DNA of 64,000 nucleotides from Patescibacteria group bacterium (GTDB lineage Bacteria; Patescibacteriota; Dojkabacteria; J137): NCBI GenBank assembly GCA_963169855.1, contig CAUJCN010000001.1, positions 17,828 to 81,827 of the forward strand, read 5' to 3'. Shown piece by piece: positions 50,627 to 61,107 of this stretch (position 1 is its first letter; each line of letters starts with the position of its first letter). The notes under the pieces were generated by a model. It saw only the letters and a program-made list of their open reading frames with translations, ran no database searches and was not told where the DNA came from. The position numbers and the translations under genes were made by a program.

Positions 50627-51025
50627 ATGATTAAGCGAATTGGACATATAATGCTTTTTGTTAGGAATTTAGATTTAATGATGGATTTCTATACAAATAT
50701 TTTAGGGTTTTCTAAAGGAGTTACTGTTGGAGAATATTCGTTTTTGAAAACAGCAAACGATTCTCACCACGATTTGGCATTTTGCATTTCGCAAGAAAAG
50801 AACAACTTTGAACACTTAGCTTTCGAATTGAACTCTACTGAAGATTTACAAGATTTTTGTACAAAGTTCGAAAATATTAAGATGTCTTTTGAACGATACG
50901 ATTATGGCATTGGAGAGTGCATATACTTCAACGACCCTGAAGGAAACTGCCTGGAACTGTTTGTAGATTTGAGAAAACAGAGAAATGTGATCCACTGGAA
51001 TGGAAAGTTTGAACGCTTAAACTAA
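50627..51025 (+). CDS. VOC-family (glyoxalase/bleomycin-resistance/dioxygenase) protein
   Basis: IGHIMLFVRNLDLMMDFYTNILGF ... HLAFEL ... E: paired beta-alpha-beta-beta-beta motifs with metal ligands. 132 aa. Confidence 0.65.
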   Translation: MIKRIGHIMLFVRNLDLMMDFYTNILGFSKGVTVGEYSFLKTANDSHHDLAFCISQEKNNFEHLAFELNSTEDLQDFCTKFENIKMSFERYDYGIGECIYFNDPEGNCLELFVDLRKQRNVIHWNGKFERLN

Positions 51026-51043
51026 ACAGTATAAAATGGTTGA

Positions 51044-51802
51044 ATGACTAAAGAAGAATTTTGGAATAAACATAATACATTGCTTTCTGGGCATTTTTAC
51101 AAGGAAATTAAAGAGAACTCTGAGTTTGTTCACTACAAATCAGTTTTCAAACAAAAATCTTACAATTTTTTAAAGCCAAAGATCCCCTCAAAAGAATTCA
51201 CTTGGACAACTGCTCAAAAGACCATAGAAAAAGAAGCTGAGACAGGCTACGAGCTATCATTTTACATTAGTGAGGAATTACTAAACGACTACAGAAAACC
51301 TTTAGAAGAATTAGGTTACACAGAAATTGAATCTGACATTTTCCTCGTTAAAACAATCACAAGAGAATACGAAATTGATACTGAAGATTTTATTGAGGTA
51401 AATTCTGTAAACTTCAATGAGTTTCAAAAGATTGTCCAAGAAACATTTCCAGAATACGATAATAACAAAGAATACACAGAATTCTGTTTTGCTGAGTTTG
51501 AAAAACATCGAGATCAGTTTTTAAACTACATGCAGGTAAAAGGAGGAAAAGCTACATCTTTTGGATCACTATTAATGTCTCCTGCTGCAGAGTTAGGTTT
51601 CTTACATAACATGGGAACATTGGAAAGATTTAGAAGACAAGGACAATTCTCAAGTTTAACAAAGTTCTTATCAAATATTGCATTGCATAATGGGATAAAT
51701 ACTACATATGCAAATGTCTGCATGGATAGTTCAAGTTATAATGGGTTTAAAAAGTTGGGTTATAATGAGATAAGTTCAAATTACATATTCTCAAAGCCAT
51801 GA
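51044..51802 (+). CDS. GNAT-family N-acetyltransferase-like protein
   Basis: C-terminal motif-A-like RRQGQFSSL. 252 aa. Confidence 0.45.
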   Translation: MTKEEFWNKHNTLLSGHFYKEIKENSEFVHYKSVFKQKSYNFLKPKIPSKEFTWTTAQKTIEKEAETGYELSFYISEELLNDYRKPLEELGYTEIESDIFLVKTITREYEIDTEDFIEVNSVNFNEFQKIVQETFPEYDNNKEYTEFCFAEFEKHRDQFLNYMQVKGGKATSFGSLLMSPAAELGFLHNMGTLERFRRQGQFSSLTKFLSNIALHNGINTTYANVCMDSSSYNGFKKLGYNEISSNYIFSKP

Positions 51803-52269
51803 CAAAAATTATTCTTTCAGATTTCTCCAGAGTTGTTTTATTTCCAAAGGATTTAAACTATAACGGCAGCCTAAACAAACTACACGATCTAAATGTGAAT
51901 AATCCTGATTACAATTTTTGGGATTACTACTCTATCAATACTGAATTGATTGAAAAGTACATAGAACTAAAAAACAAATTCAGTATTTTATGCTTCACTA
52001 CAGGTCATATCCAAGAGTATTACGAATTAAAGAATTCACTGAATAATGTTTTCAAAAGAACCTTTACTGTCGAAGAACTCTCACTTAAAAAGGATATTCC
52101 CGAAGCATACACGAAAATAGCATCAATTTTGCAAGTAAGACCTGAAGAAGTTCTATTTATCGATGATACGATGGAAAATTTAGATGCTGCAAGTAAAGTT
52201 GGATTTCAAACATTTCATTACGAAAACAATGAGGACTTGTTTAAACATTTACGTGAATTACCTTCTTAA
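51799..52269 (+). CDS. HAD-superfamily hydrolase-like protein
   Basis: LFIDDTMENLDAASKVGFQTFHY (motif III/IV region). 156 aa. The N-terminal DxD motif is degenerate. Confidence 0.4.
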   Translation: MTKIILSDFSRVVLFPKDLNYNGSLNKLHDLNVNNPDYNFWDYYSINTELIEKYIELKNKFSILCFTTGHIQEYYELKNSLNNVFKRTFTVEELSLKKDIPEAYTKIASILQVRPEEVLFIDDTMENLDAASKVGFQTFHYENNEDLFKHLRELPS

Positions 52270-52270
52270 A

Positions 52271-52864
52271 ATGAGTATTCAAAATCTCCTTAAATTTACT
52301 GAATTCATAAATAAATTCCGAGAAGTAGAGCGATTGATGCTATATAAAGGATCAGATAGAAGAGAAAACGATTCAGAGCATGCATTCCAACTAGCAATTA
52401 TATCTTGGTACATTATTGAGAACGAGAAACTTCCTTTCAGTTTAGAAAAAGTACTAAAATATTGTTTGGCACATGATCTGGTAGAAATTTATGCAGGAGA
52501 CACTCCATTCTTCATGGCTGATAAAACAACAACTCAGTCAAAAGCCGAGAAAGAACATGATGCTGCCCAAAGAATTAGTTCAGAGTTTCCAGAATTTACA
52601 AATCTACATCAAATCATTCAAGATTATGAATCAAGAGCAGATGAAGAATCGAAATTTGTTTATGCTCTGGATAAAGTAGTTCCTGTACTAAACATTTATT
52701 TAGACAACGGTAGATGTTGGGAAGTCGATAAAATCAGTTACGATACTCTTAGAACAAAAGATTCTAAAGTAAAAGTATCTCCAATTATAGAGAAATACTG
52801 GTTAGAGCTGGTTAAATTATTAGAAATGGATAAAGAAGAGTTATTTAAATTTAAGGAAGAATAA
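52271..52864 (+). CDS. HD-domain phosphohydrolase (YfbR-like), second copy in window
   Basis: Start at ATG 52271. SEHAF...AHDLVEIYAGD...D motifs. Paralogous to 22478..23044. Confidence 0.55.
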   Translation: MSIQNLLKFTEFINKFREVERLMLYKGSDRRENDSEHAFQLAIISWYIIENEKLPFSLEKVLKYCLAHDLVEIYAGDTPFFMADKTTTQSKAEKEHDAAQRISSEFPEFTNLHQIIQDYESRADEESKFVYALDKVVPVLNIYLDNGRCWEVDKISYDTLRTKDSKVKVSPIIEKYWLELVKLLEMDKEELFKFKEE

Positions 52865-53606
52865 CTACCCCGTATCTATCGCTAGGAGTAATTCCTAATT
52901 GTCTATACAAAAATGCAGCGCCTGATGAGTTAAATGCTAAAGGTTTACCTCTTCTTAATGATTCCCGCAGAGCAAAATACATTATTGTTCCCAACTTGCT
53001 TTTTACAGAGGCTAATTCATTTACTGGTTTTCCAGCCACACAATGTAACTGAATTTCGTTCTCAAGTTCCAACAGCGTGAATGCAGCCAGTAATCTGTTT
53101 TGAGAATCTCTAATCAAATAAGTATCCATATTCGCTCCAATAAAATTCCCATTTTCTATTGATTCATGAATTCCACTAGCTCTTTCTTTATCTAAACTTC
53201 CTTGATCGGGGTCAACAGCAAAACTGTTAACCATCAAGTCTACATATTCCGATGATGATTCACGTAACTCGTCACAATGGAAGTTTCTTTTAAACTTTTC
53301 TAAATCAGCAATTAAAGTTTCTAATTTATCCAAAGGAACAATAAAGAATTCAGTCTTACCATGAATAATTCCCACAGAACCAAAAAAATTCAGAAGGGGA
53401 CTTGCAGCTTCCTTATCACTGAAATTTATTCTGATTGGAAGACGATACATAGACAAAGTGTTTAGTAACCTAAGCAATTCAATCAAAGTATATGGTTCAG
53501 AAAAGTTTATCTGAATAAAAGATGACCCATCTGGAAGACAGGTTTTTGTTACTTCAAAATTTTCGATTTGCTTATCTTCTAAAGCTTCCATGCCAGGATT
53601 ATACAC
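52851..53606 (-). CDS. hypothetical protein (C-terminal half weakly GNAT-like)
   Basis: 251-aa ORF. Confidence 0.35.
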   Translation of the reverse strand: MYNPGMEALEDKQIENFEVTKTCLPDGSSFIQINFSEPYTLIELLRLLNTLSMYRLPIRINFSDKEAASPLLNFFGSVGIIHGKTEFFIVPLDKLETLIADLEKFKRNFHCDELRESSSEYVDLMVNSFAVDPDQGSLDKERASGIHESIENGNFIGANMDTYLIRDSQNRLLAAFTLLELENEIQLHCVAGKPVNELASVKSKLGTIMYFALRESLRRGKPLAFNSSGAAFLYRQLGITPSDRYGVVILP

Positions 53607-53615
53607 CGATATGCC

Positions 53616-54338
53616 TTGTGCACAAAGGCTTTTATGCTAAAATCGAGTATGTCAGACATTCATAAATTTAGATACTTTGGTGAAGCTGAAGTTGTTCCTG
53701 ATACCTACGATAGGATCCTCTTATTAAAAGATTCACCCCACATGATGAAGAAATTTGGAGCAGTTCCTTTTTGGGGAAAGTTCCGAAGATTACTTATATC
53801 GAAAAGCTGATAAATTAGGACTTACCCGTTAATGGATAAAGGAGATTTATCTCAGTATGCATTAACTATCCCTGAATCCGACCGAATGAATCCATGTGCA
53901 TTGCTAGGTGAACAAGATTTTGTTCGACTTGCGAGAGAAATTGGAGAAGGTTTAGACTGCTTACATTTTAAATTAGAGTACACCCATGGAGACATGAAGC
54001 CTTGCAATAATGGTGTAGATAGTACCTTAGGTTTTCAGATTATCGATTTCGAAGACTGTGCTGGTGGAGCTGCTAGACTTTCAAATAAATACATATCAGA
54101 TCTCCGGAGATTTCAGTGCCTAATTCAGTACTGTTTAGCAGCACACACACAACACAACATCGCAAACAAGTATGGATACATTCATCCTTCGGGATTAAGA
54201 GTGATTAATGAAGGTGCCTTAGCTCCATACTATAGCGTTAGACTAGTACAATTTGTTTTTAATTTCGATTGGTCAAAAGCTAATAAGACCTGTGCTGCAT
54301 TAGCAGCAAAAACTATAAAGTTACTTGGAGAACCTTAA
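53616..54338 (+). pseudogene. small protein-kinase-like gene interrupted by two in-frame stop codons (53811-53819)
   Basis: ORFs 53616..53810 and 53832..54338 are in the same frame, separated by TGA TAA. The downstream part carries HGDMKPCNNGVD...IIDFEDCAG (catalytic loop plus DFG-equivalent) and the upstream part resembles an N-lobe fragment. Confidence 0.4.
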
Positions 54339-54959
54339 TTTGTTTACCATTTGATTCTTCCATATAAAGAAGATTGTCCCTGTTGTGAAGTAATGGAATA
54401 AAGCTCTTCCGTTAAATAAATTTGTAGCGTCACACCAGATTTGATTCGCATCTAGTTGCCAGAGAATCCAACCAGCAAGAAATAAAACGAAACCTATCAT
54501 CCAGAATTTTCTTGAAATTCTTTCCAAAGTGAATTCAGAGATTAAGTATGCGACAACTAAACTTCCAAAAAGCAATGAACCGACTCCTCCTTTTAAAACT
54601 ATAAGTAGAGCAAAGTAAACTGCTTGAATTAAAACAAATAAAAATATGGATTTGTTTAAATCCAGTTTCCAAACTTTTCTCAAGTTGAATACAAAAAGAA
54701 AATTCAAAAATGCAAACATCGTATTTAAATCTATAATCTGAGCATAGTATTTAAAAGATGCATCATAAAAAGCCGAAGTTAAACCAATCGCGATACTAAA
54801 CCCTCCAAAGATTTTTGATATTCTATCTTTTTTAAAAAGTAACCAAACTCCAAGTAAAATATATGGAAGATTGGAAACAAAATACCCAGGACGTGCAATC
54901 AAACCTGTAATTGCTTGCTCACAGTATTTTACAGTCGGGATTTGAGTAAAGAAATTCAT
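54321..54959 (-). CDS. polytopic membrane protein (7-TM; possible CREST/ceramidase-like hydrolase)
   Basis: 212 aa with multiple TM segments. Family assignment is tentative. Confidence 0.45.
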   Translation of the reverse strand: MNFFTQIPTVKYCEQAITGLIARPGYFVSNLPYILLGVWLLFKKDRISKIFGGFSIAIGLTSAFYDASFKYYAQIIDLNTMFAFLNFLFVFNLRKVWKLDLNKSIFLFVLIQAVYFALLIVLKGGVGSLLFGSLVVAYLISEFTLERISRKFWMIGFVLFLAGWILWQLDANQIWCDATNLFNGRALFHYFTTGTIFFIWKNQMVNKLRFSK

Positions 54960-55198
54960 TTAGTAGAAATTAATAAAGTTTTTTCCGTTCTCTTTAGTTT
55001 CTTAATCGCAGCTTCTCTTTTTAGTGCTGCAGATTTATCTAAAACTTCTTCTTTATAAACCAATTTGAATGGAGATTTTGCACGGACGTATTTAGATCCT
55101 TTACCAGATTCATGCACCTTTAAACGCTTCTGAACATCATTTGTAGTACCTGTGTAAAGAGAACCATCAGAACATTGAAGAATGTAAACGAAATACAT
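54956..55198 (-). CDS. GIY-YIG nuclease-domain protein (stand-alone, YhbQ-like)
   Basis: MYFVYILQCSDGSLYTGTTNDVQKRLKVHESGKGSKY carries the GIY-YIG motifs with a conserved Arg. 80 aa. Confidence 0.7.
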   Translation of the reverse strand: MYFVYILQCSDGSLYTGTTNDVQKRLKVHESGKGSKYVRAKSPFKLVYKEEVLDKSAALKREAAIKKLKRTEKTLLISTK

Positions 55199-56095
55199 TT
55201 ATATTAATTCCTGAACAAATTTATCAATGCTGTATTGCGAAACTTCATTAACTGCATTTGTCTGCTTTCTACCAATTCTAGAAAGATAATCTAAAGAGTT
55301 TTCATTTCTGTATAAAACTCCAGTAGCAATATTATTATCTTGGTCTTTAGCCAGTTTCAACGCATCTTCAAGATCAGATCTTTTTGTATCAACTTGTTTG
55401 ATTCGCTCTTCGTAGTATTCGATTGTCATCTCTTTGTTATAAGTCGGGCAGGTTTGAAGGATATCGACATAAGCTAAACCTTTATCCTGAAACATAATTG
55501 CTTCCTTGAATATCTCAACTAACTGTCTTAAATTACCACTAAATCCCCTCGCCACGAACGGTGCATTTAAGGAAAGTGCCATGTGCACAGGATTTAAAGT
55601 ATCTGCAGATGGACCATCTGGATTAGCTGTTCTTTTAGCCCCTTGCTTTGTAGTAGCGGAAGCTTGCCCAGTTGTTAATCCATAATTACCGTTGTTATGA
55701 ACGAAGAAAGTAATAGGGTAATTATTGCGTATTGTATTTATAAAGTGATTAATTCCTTCTGAATAAGTTGCTCCATCTCCTGCAAATGCGATTACCTTAA
55801 CATTGGGATTTGCTAACTTAGCACCAGCCGCTAACGGTAAGACTCTTCCATGAAGAGAGTGAACTCTATACCCTTTGATTTTATCGCTCATGTTTCCATT
55901 ACAACCAATATCAAAACAGAAAAGAACATCGTGTGTTGGGATTTGTAATTCAACAAGAGCTCTTTTAATTGCTGCCCAAATTGCGTAGTCTCCGCAACCA
56001 GAACACCAAGTTGGCTGAACATCTGAGTAATAATCACTTACTTTTACAGCTTGTGATTCATAATCGTAATTTGGATGACAATCGTTACATGACAT
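55199..56095 (-). CDS. korB: 2-oxoacid:ferredoxin oxidoreductase beta subunit (TPP-binding)
   Basis: Cys-rich N-terminus WCSGCGDY; TPP motif GDGATYSEG...NNGNYGLTTGQ. 298 aa. Confidence 0.85.
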   Translation of the reverse strand: MSCNDCHPNYDYESQAVKVSDYYSDVQPTWCSGCGDYAIWAAIKRALVELQIPTHDVLFCFDIGCNGNMSDKIKGYRVHSLHGRVLPLAAGAKLANPNVKVIAFAGDGATYSEGINHFINTIRNNYPITFFVHNNGNYGLTTGQASATTKQGAKRTANPDGPSADTLNPVHMALSLNAPFVARGFSGNLRQLVEIFKEAIMFQDKGLAYVDILQTCPTYNKEMTIEYYEERIKQVDTKRSDLEDALKLAKDQDNNIATGVLYRNENSLDYLSRIGRKQTNAVNEVSQYSIDKFVQELI

Positions 56096-56220
56096 AATAC
56101 AAAAAATTTTGAAGATTAAAGTTCTAAGATAAAAAAACTCCTTTCCTATTTAGCATACATCATAAATACACTAGCAATACATAAATTTTCACAAAACTTA
56201 CACTTGAACTTTCACTTACA

Positions 56221-59200
56221 CTAATTAGACAGTACAATCCAGTCGAATTTTATGTCGAATGGATAGATCTTGTTTGTCTTTATCTTAAATCCAGAATTTG
56301 ATTTTTCTAAGATTGTGTAATTGAAATCTGAATCAAGTGCAAATTCTCCAATAGGTGAAACTGTTACATTTGGAGTAGAAACGTACGCTGAAGAGAAGGT
56401 TACCTCAACCTCTGTTAATCCAGCAGCAACTGTTGCCTGTGATGAAATATCGGCAGAAACCTGAGCAGTTCCTAAAACTCTAAGATTAGTTACATTCAAA
56501 CTTGCTACAGTAACATTTCCAGTAAATTGTGCATCAACAACATTCAAAGATACTATTTCTGCACCACTTATCGCAGAAAGTACCTGGGCAGTTACGATTT
56601 CATCAGGATTTGTTAAACTGTTTATCTGACTTTGTAATAGATCAATTGTAGACTGCATTTGACTAAGTTGTTCAGATGCTTGAATATCTGCTTGTTTTAA
56701 AGAATCAATGTCTACTTGAATATTTGAATATGCATTCTGCAAATCTTCCAAGCTCATTTGAAGAGCAGATGAATTATCTTCGGCAATTATACTTGCAATC
56801 TGACTTTGAACATCTTCAACCTTTGCATCAACTCCATCAACTAAATTCTGCTGTTCCTGAACTGCAGCAATTAGATAAGGAGTCAATCCAGAATAAGAAA
56901 CTGATTTGTAACCCTCTTCATTAGTCATAACTAAATCAGGTAGAATTTGCTCCAAACCTTGTGCAATAACTCCCACCTGATAGGTTCCACCATTAATCAG
57001 GTTATACGATTTTACATCTATTTGATTAATCAAATTCAATGCACCACTAAAATCTTGGATATTTGTCTTAAATCTCTCATCTGATGTACATGTAATACCT
57101 CCTGCAATATTTGGAGTAACATCGCAAGTTCCACCGGCATTTTCAAATCTAGCAACTGTTGTTGCAATTGGAATAGTAGATGAACCAACATGGAATCTTA
57201 CTCCAGGGTTTGTATTTCCTATTCCAACAAATCCACCAGCTTCGATACTTAAAGCATCTCCACCACCTGAATAGTCGTAAATGCTAAACAAGCCAGCTAG
57301 ACTATCATTTGTGCTAATTCCCCATTGATTAACACCTCCTTGCTTAAATAAAACGTGTCCTTGCAGTCCTGTATCAATTGCAATTCTTTGAATAGAGGAA
57401 GTGCCATCACCGACGTATAACCTATCTGTTGGATTATTATTACCAATTCCTACATTTCCTACATCAGAAATTCTCATTCTTTCACCAAAAACACCATCAA
57501 TTGTTGTAGAGAAAATCATGGAAGAATTTGGGCTCAAGTCTGACGCATCATCCAGGAAAACATCAATTGCACCAGCATTAGCTACATTGCTATTATCTCC
57601 TTCTAATCTAAATAGCATTCCTGTACCGATTCCAGCAGATGCTACTGAGTTTGCATCGTACCGAGTCATTATTAGATTTCTTAAAAGATTTGAATTGTTA
57701 TCTCGTGTTTGCAAATCTAATGTTGCTGCTGGTCCTACAGCAAATCCAGCACCGCCTGGTTCAGATCCAATACCTACATTTCCGCTTGTAGTGATTGTAA
57801 ATGTTTCTTTTGTAGTTGTCCCTCCCGAATCTGCAGCTAACGCTAATCTAGCACCGTTAATTGAATTTAAATGATGTACACTTAGGGAATTATTTCTAGA
57901 AGTGAAAGTATTACCTAAAACTCCTCCTTGTAGAAAAATTGAGTCAGATCCAGCATCCGTTAGTTGCAAACCTAAACTACCACTTCCTCTAACAGTCATT
58001 TTATATATACCTGGAGCAGTTCCAACTCCAACATTTCCAGTTCCAGAAGCAGCTGTTAATACTTCTCCAGCTCCTCCATAATCATAAAGTGCAAATCGTC
58101 CAATAACACTATCATTTGAACTAATTCCCCACTGGTTAACACCTGCTCGTTGTAAAATCAAATGGGACTGTGTTCCAGAATCTATCGCTATTCTTTGAAT
58201 ACCCGATGTACCGTCTCCAACAACTAGCCTATCGTTAGGCATTGAGTTTGCAATTCCAACATTACCGCCCATAAAAATTGCTGATTGGTTTACTTCTCCT
58301 CCAGAAACATCAACAAACAAACCTCTTGTTATTCCCAATCCTGTTCCAGCATTGGTGTAAGCACCCGATAGAATAATGTTCATTCCTGTTTTGGTCATGT
58401 TTGTTACTGAGTTTACATTCAAAGCTCCATAGTTATCTGTAACTCTCATTGCAGTTGGACTTTCTTGTTGAGCAACACCAAATCTGTTAAGACCAACAGC
58501 AAAAACTGTGAATGGATCTGTATTATTTATATTCAAACCCGCACGTAAATATGGTGCTGAGTTTGTTACAAGATTATTTGTTAAATGAAACATTGGTAAT
58601 CCAGCTGAGTTCACGGCATTTCGTGGAGAGTTAAATGAATAATTTCTAAAGTACCCAGTAAAATCTTGTACAGGAGAATCAGCGCCAGCCCCATTGTTAA
58701 AATCGTTAAATCTTATTGAACCTCCGTTTTGTACAGATGCATAGTTTCCTAAGTTGTTTGAAACTTGGAACACGCTAGTTGTTCCACCTAAAGAGAAAGT
58801 ATTTCCACCAGCATCAACTCTCGCTCCGGGAGTAGCTGTACCTAAACCAACACTACCCAATCCAGAAGTTGTAAAGTTAAATCCAGCTTGAGCAATATCA
58901 GTATTGTGAAGTAAAGTTCCTCCCAATTCAACGGCATCCGAAACGATAGCGATACCATTTTGTGCAGTAACATCAAGAGTAACTGCTCCTGGACCTAAAG
59001 GTAAACTCCCATTTAAACCAGCACCAGGTGTAATTGACGAAACGCTTGCACCAGCAGCAAGTGGCGTCCATCCAGTATTAGCAGCATCGTTAGAGCTCTT
59101 TAAATATGCTATTCCATTCGCATTATCAAGAAATAATGATCCAATTTGAGCAGCCACCACTGTTTCAGGATTTTGATTACCAGTAAATATACTTGCCGAA

Positions 59201-60876
59201 TCCGCGTTTGTAGAATCTGACAACCTAATAAATTCGTTATTCTCGTTGTTTATTATTATTGAACCTATTCTAGTTGATGAGATATTTGTACCTCCAGTCA
59301 CATCAATTCGAGATCCAATTACATCCCCAGTCAATGCAGCTCTACTATCATTCATTAGTACATTTAATCCTATTTCACTTATTGAATTAACAATTGTTCC
59401 AGCATTGTAAACAAGAGAAATACCTCTCCTCGATTGTGTAGCACTTCCACCTGTAGATGCTGTAAATTCATAAGAACCATGATTAGATCCTGTTGTTCCA
59501 GCTCTCAAGAAAAAGTTGTTTCCTGCAGCAGATGTAAATGTTAAATTTTGAGCACCTGAATTCCAAACAGTGGCCTGTGCCGCACTAGATATCGCAGGTG
59601 TTACAAAATTCAATTGATTTGTAGTCAATCGCATGTTGTTACCTTGTATACCCAAGTTAGTTGTAGATTGTATGAAATCTCCTACTAGATTGTAATCCAT
59701 AAATGATCTCACGCTTCCATCGTCTTCAATTTGAGATCTAGGTGTACCTGACACAGAAAAGTTAATGTCAAATCCATTTAAAGGAATTTCTCTATTACTT
59801 AAAAGTTGAGCTGCTCCTGCAGATCCTAAAGCTCCTCCTAATTCTATAAAATCTGAGTTCACAGATAATCCGTTCTGAGCCTGCACATCAAGAGTTATTG
59901 CGCCAGGTCCTAGAGGCAAACTTCCCACTAAACCTGCCCCTGGGGTCACTGTCGATACACCTGTTGGTGATACATTTTGCCATGTCGGAACTCCAAAGCC
60001 ATTTGAAGTCAAAACCTGACCGGCTGTTCCAGCAATTGTAAATTGATAAGAAGACCCATCTCCGTAAGCAACGCCACCTGCTACTGGAGCAGCAGCTGAG
60101 TTAGTTCCACCTCTACTAATCGGTAGTATTCCAGCCCAACCAAGTGTATGTACGTCACCAGCTGAAGTAATTGTTACATTCGAATCATTTACAAAGCTTT
60201 GTATAATACCTGTTTGACCATTCAAGTTCAAAGACCCGGAGGGGATAGGGAGTGTAACAGTATTTCCGTTCAAAATAGTAAGATCATTACCTACTATACT
60301 TAAAGTCTGATTATCACTTCCCAGAGCATCACTAATGCAAACATACGCAACTCCGTTCCACAAAAGTTTCTCAGTTATTAGACAAGATGGTGGTGTTACA
60401 CCTCCACCAATAGTATCTTGATCTAAATCACAATAGTAATCACTACCATTCCATAGAAGTTTTTCGTTTGAATTACAGATCGGAGGTATTTCTGATGCAA
60501 TGCCTGTAATATCTGTCGCACATGCATACGCACTACCTGTCCAAACTAACTTATCTGTACCTGTACATGTTGGTGGAATAATTGAACTACCTATAGCATC
60601 ACTATTGCAAACCCATCTCTCTAGATTATCATCCCATTTAATTATTTCACCATTTTCACACTTTATTCCAAGTTGAACAGTAAAGTTTCCTTGAGGATCT
60701 TGTGTAACTATAATTCCATCAGAACCAGCTACTCCAAGTGGATTAGTCATTTCGACGTTAGTAATTCGTGGCTTAGACCACAAAAAAAGAATTAATAAGC
60801 AGACTAAAAGAAGCGCAACAATAAATGCATTTCTTAAAAAGTTAAATTTGTCTTCACCAATCAACGGATTAGCCAT
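56221..60876 (-). CDS. giant membrane-anchored tail-fibre-like surface protein with C-terminal S74 intramolecular-chaperone (autoproteolytic) domain
   Basis: 1551 aa. N-terminal TM anchor; four ~35-aa Cys-containing repeats (PPxC..EKLLWNG..YxC); duplicated long segments (ITPGAGL.GSLPLGPGA.TLDV.AQNG...; RIAID.G.Q.H...GVNQWGIS.NDS..G.F..YDY.G); C-terminal SDERFKTNIQDF...coiled coil typical of S74 chaperone domains. Confidence 0.75.
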   Translation of the reverse strand: MANPLIGEDKFNFLRNAFIVALLLVCLLILFLWSKPRITNVEMTNPLGVAGSDGIIVTQDPQGNFTVQLGIKCENGEIIKWDDNLERWVCNSDAIGSSIIPPTCTGTDKLVWTGSAYACATDITGIASEIPPICNSNEKLLWNGSDYYCDLDQDTIGGGVTPPSCLITEKLLWNGVAYVCISDALGSDNQTLSIVGNDLTILNGNTVTLPIPSGSLNLNGQTGIIQSFVNDSNVTITSAGDVHTLGWAGILPISRGGTNSAAAPVAGGVAYGDGSSYQFTIAGTAGQVLTSNGFGVPTWQNVSPTGVSTVTPGAGLVGSLPLGPGAITLDVQAQNGLSVNSDFIELGGALGSAGAAQLLSNREIPLNGFDINFSVSGTPRSQIEDDGSVRSFMDYNLVGDFIQSTTNLGIQGNNMRLTTNQLNFVTPAISSAAQATVWNSGAQNLTFTSAAGNNFFLRAGTTGSNHGSYEFTASTGGSATQSRRGISLVYNAGTIVNSISEIGLNVLMNDSRAALTGDVIGSRIDVTGGTNISSTRIGSIIINNENNEFIRLSDSTNADSASIFTGNQNPETVVAAQIGSLFLDNANGIAYLKSSNDAANTGWTPLAAGASVSSITPGAGLNGSLPLGPGAVTLDVTAQNGIAIVSDAVELGGTLLHNTDIAQAGFNFTTSGLGSVGLGTATPGARVDAGGNTFSLGGTTSVFQVSNNLGNYASVQNGGSIRFNDFNNGAGADSPVQDFTGYFRNYSFNSPRNAVNSAGLPMFHLTNNLVTNSAPYLRAGLNINNTDPFTVFAVGLNRFGVAQQESPTAMRVTDNYGALNVNSVTNMTKTGMNIILSGAYTNAGTGLGITRGLFVDVSGGEVNQSAIFMGGNVGIANSMPNDRLVVGDGTSGIQRIAIDSGTQSHLILQRAGVNQWGISSNDSVIGRFALYDYGGAGEVLTAASGTGNVGVGTAPGIYKMTVRGSGSLGLQLTDAGSDSIFLQGGVLGNTFTSRNNSLSVHHLNSINGARLALAADSGGTTTKETFTITTSGNVGIGSEPGGAGFAVGPAATLDLQTRDNNSNLLRNLIMTRYDANSVASAGIGTGMLFRLEGDNSNVANAGAIDVFLDDASDLSPNSSMIFSTTIDGVFGERMRISDVGNVGIGNNNPTDRLYVGDGTSSIQRIAIDTGLQGHVLFKQGGVNQWGISTNDSLAGLFSIYDYSGGGDALSIEAGGFVGIGNTNPGVRFHVGSSTIPIATTVARFENAGGTCDVTPNIAGGITCTSDERFKTNIQDFSGALNLINQIDVKSYNLINGGTYQVGVIAQGLEQILPDLVMTNEEGYKSVSYSGLTPYLIAAVQEQQNLVDGVDAKVEDVQSQIASIIAEDNSSALQMSLEDLQNAYSNIQVDIDSLKQADIQASEQLSQMQSTIDLLQSQINSLTNPDEIVTAQVLSAISGAEIVSLNVVDAQFTGNVTVASLNVTNLRVLGTAQVSADISSQATVAAGLTEVEVTFSSAYVSTPNVTVSPIGEFALDSDFNYTILEKSNSGFKIKTNKIYPFDIKFDWIVLSN

Positions 60877-61012
60877 AAATAAAATACAAAATCAACAATA
60901 CAAAAGTAAGAACCAAAAGTCCTATGACTAAGAATTTAATACCAGAGCTTTCATCCTCTTGTACAGAAAGTGTTATAGAGGTTTTCTTTTTTTCAGTCGT
61001 ATCTTTGTCCAT
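60869..61012 (-). CDS. possible 47-aa single-pass membrane micro-protein whose stop overlaps the giant gene's start (ATGGCTAA)
   Basis: Reads MDKDTTEKKKTSITLSVQEDESSGIKFLVIGLLVLTFVLLILYFIYG. Not in the supplied ORF track (below its length cutoff). Confidence 0.3.
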   Translation of the reverse strand: MDKDTTEKKKTSITLSVQEDESSGIKFLVIGLLVLTFVLLILYFIYG

Positions 61013-61107
61013 ATATAAATATGCTCAATATATTCAAACAGTTTTTGAGGGACAAGTCAACAACATACGGTAGGTATTTTAGTTAAATTCAACAGCATTT
61101 TGTAGTT

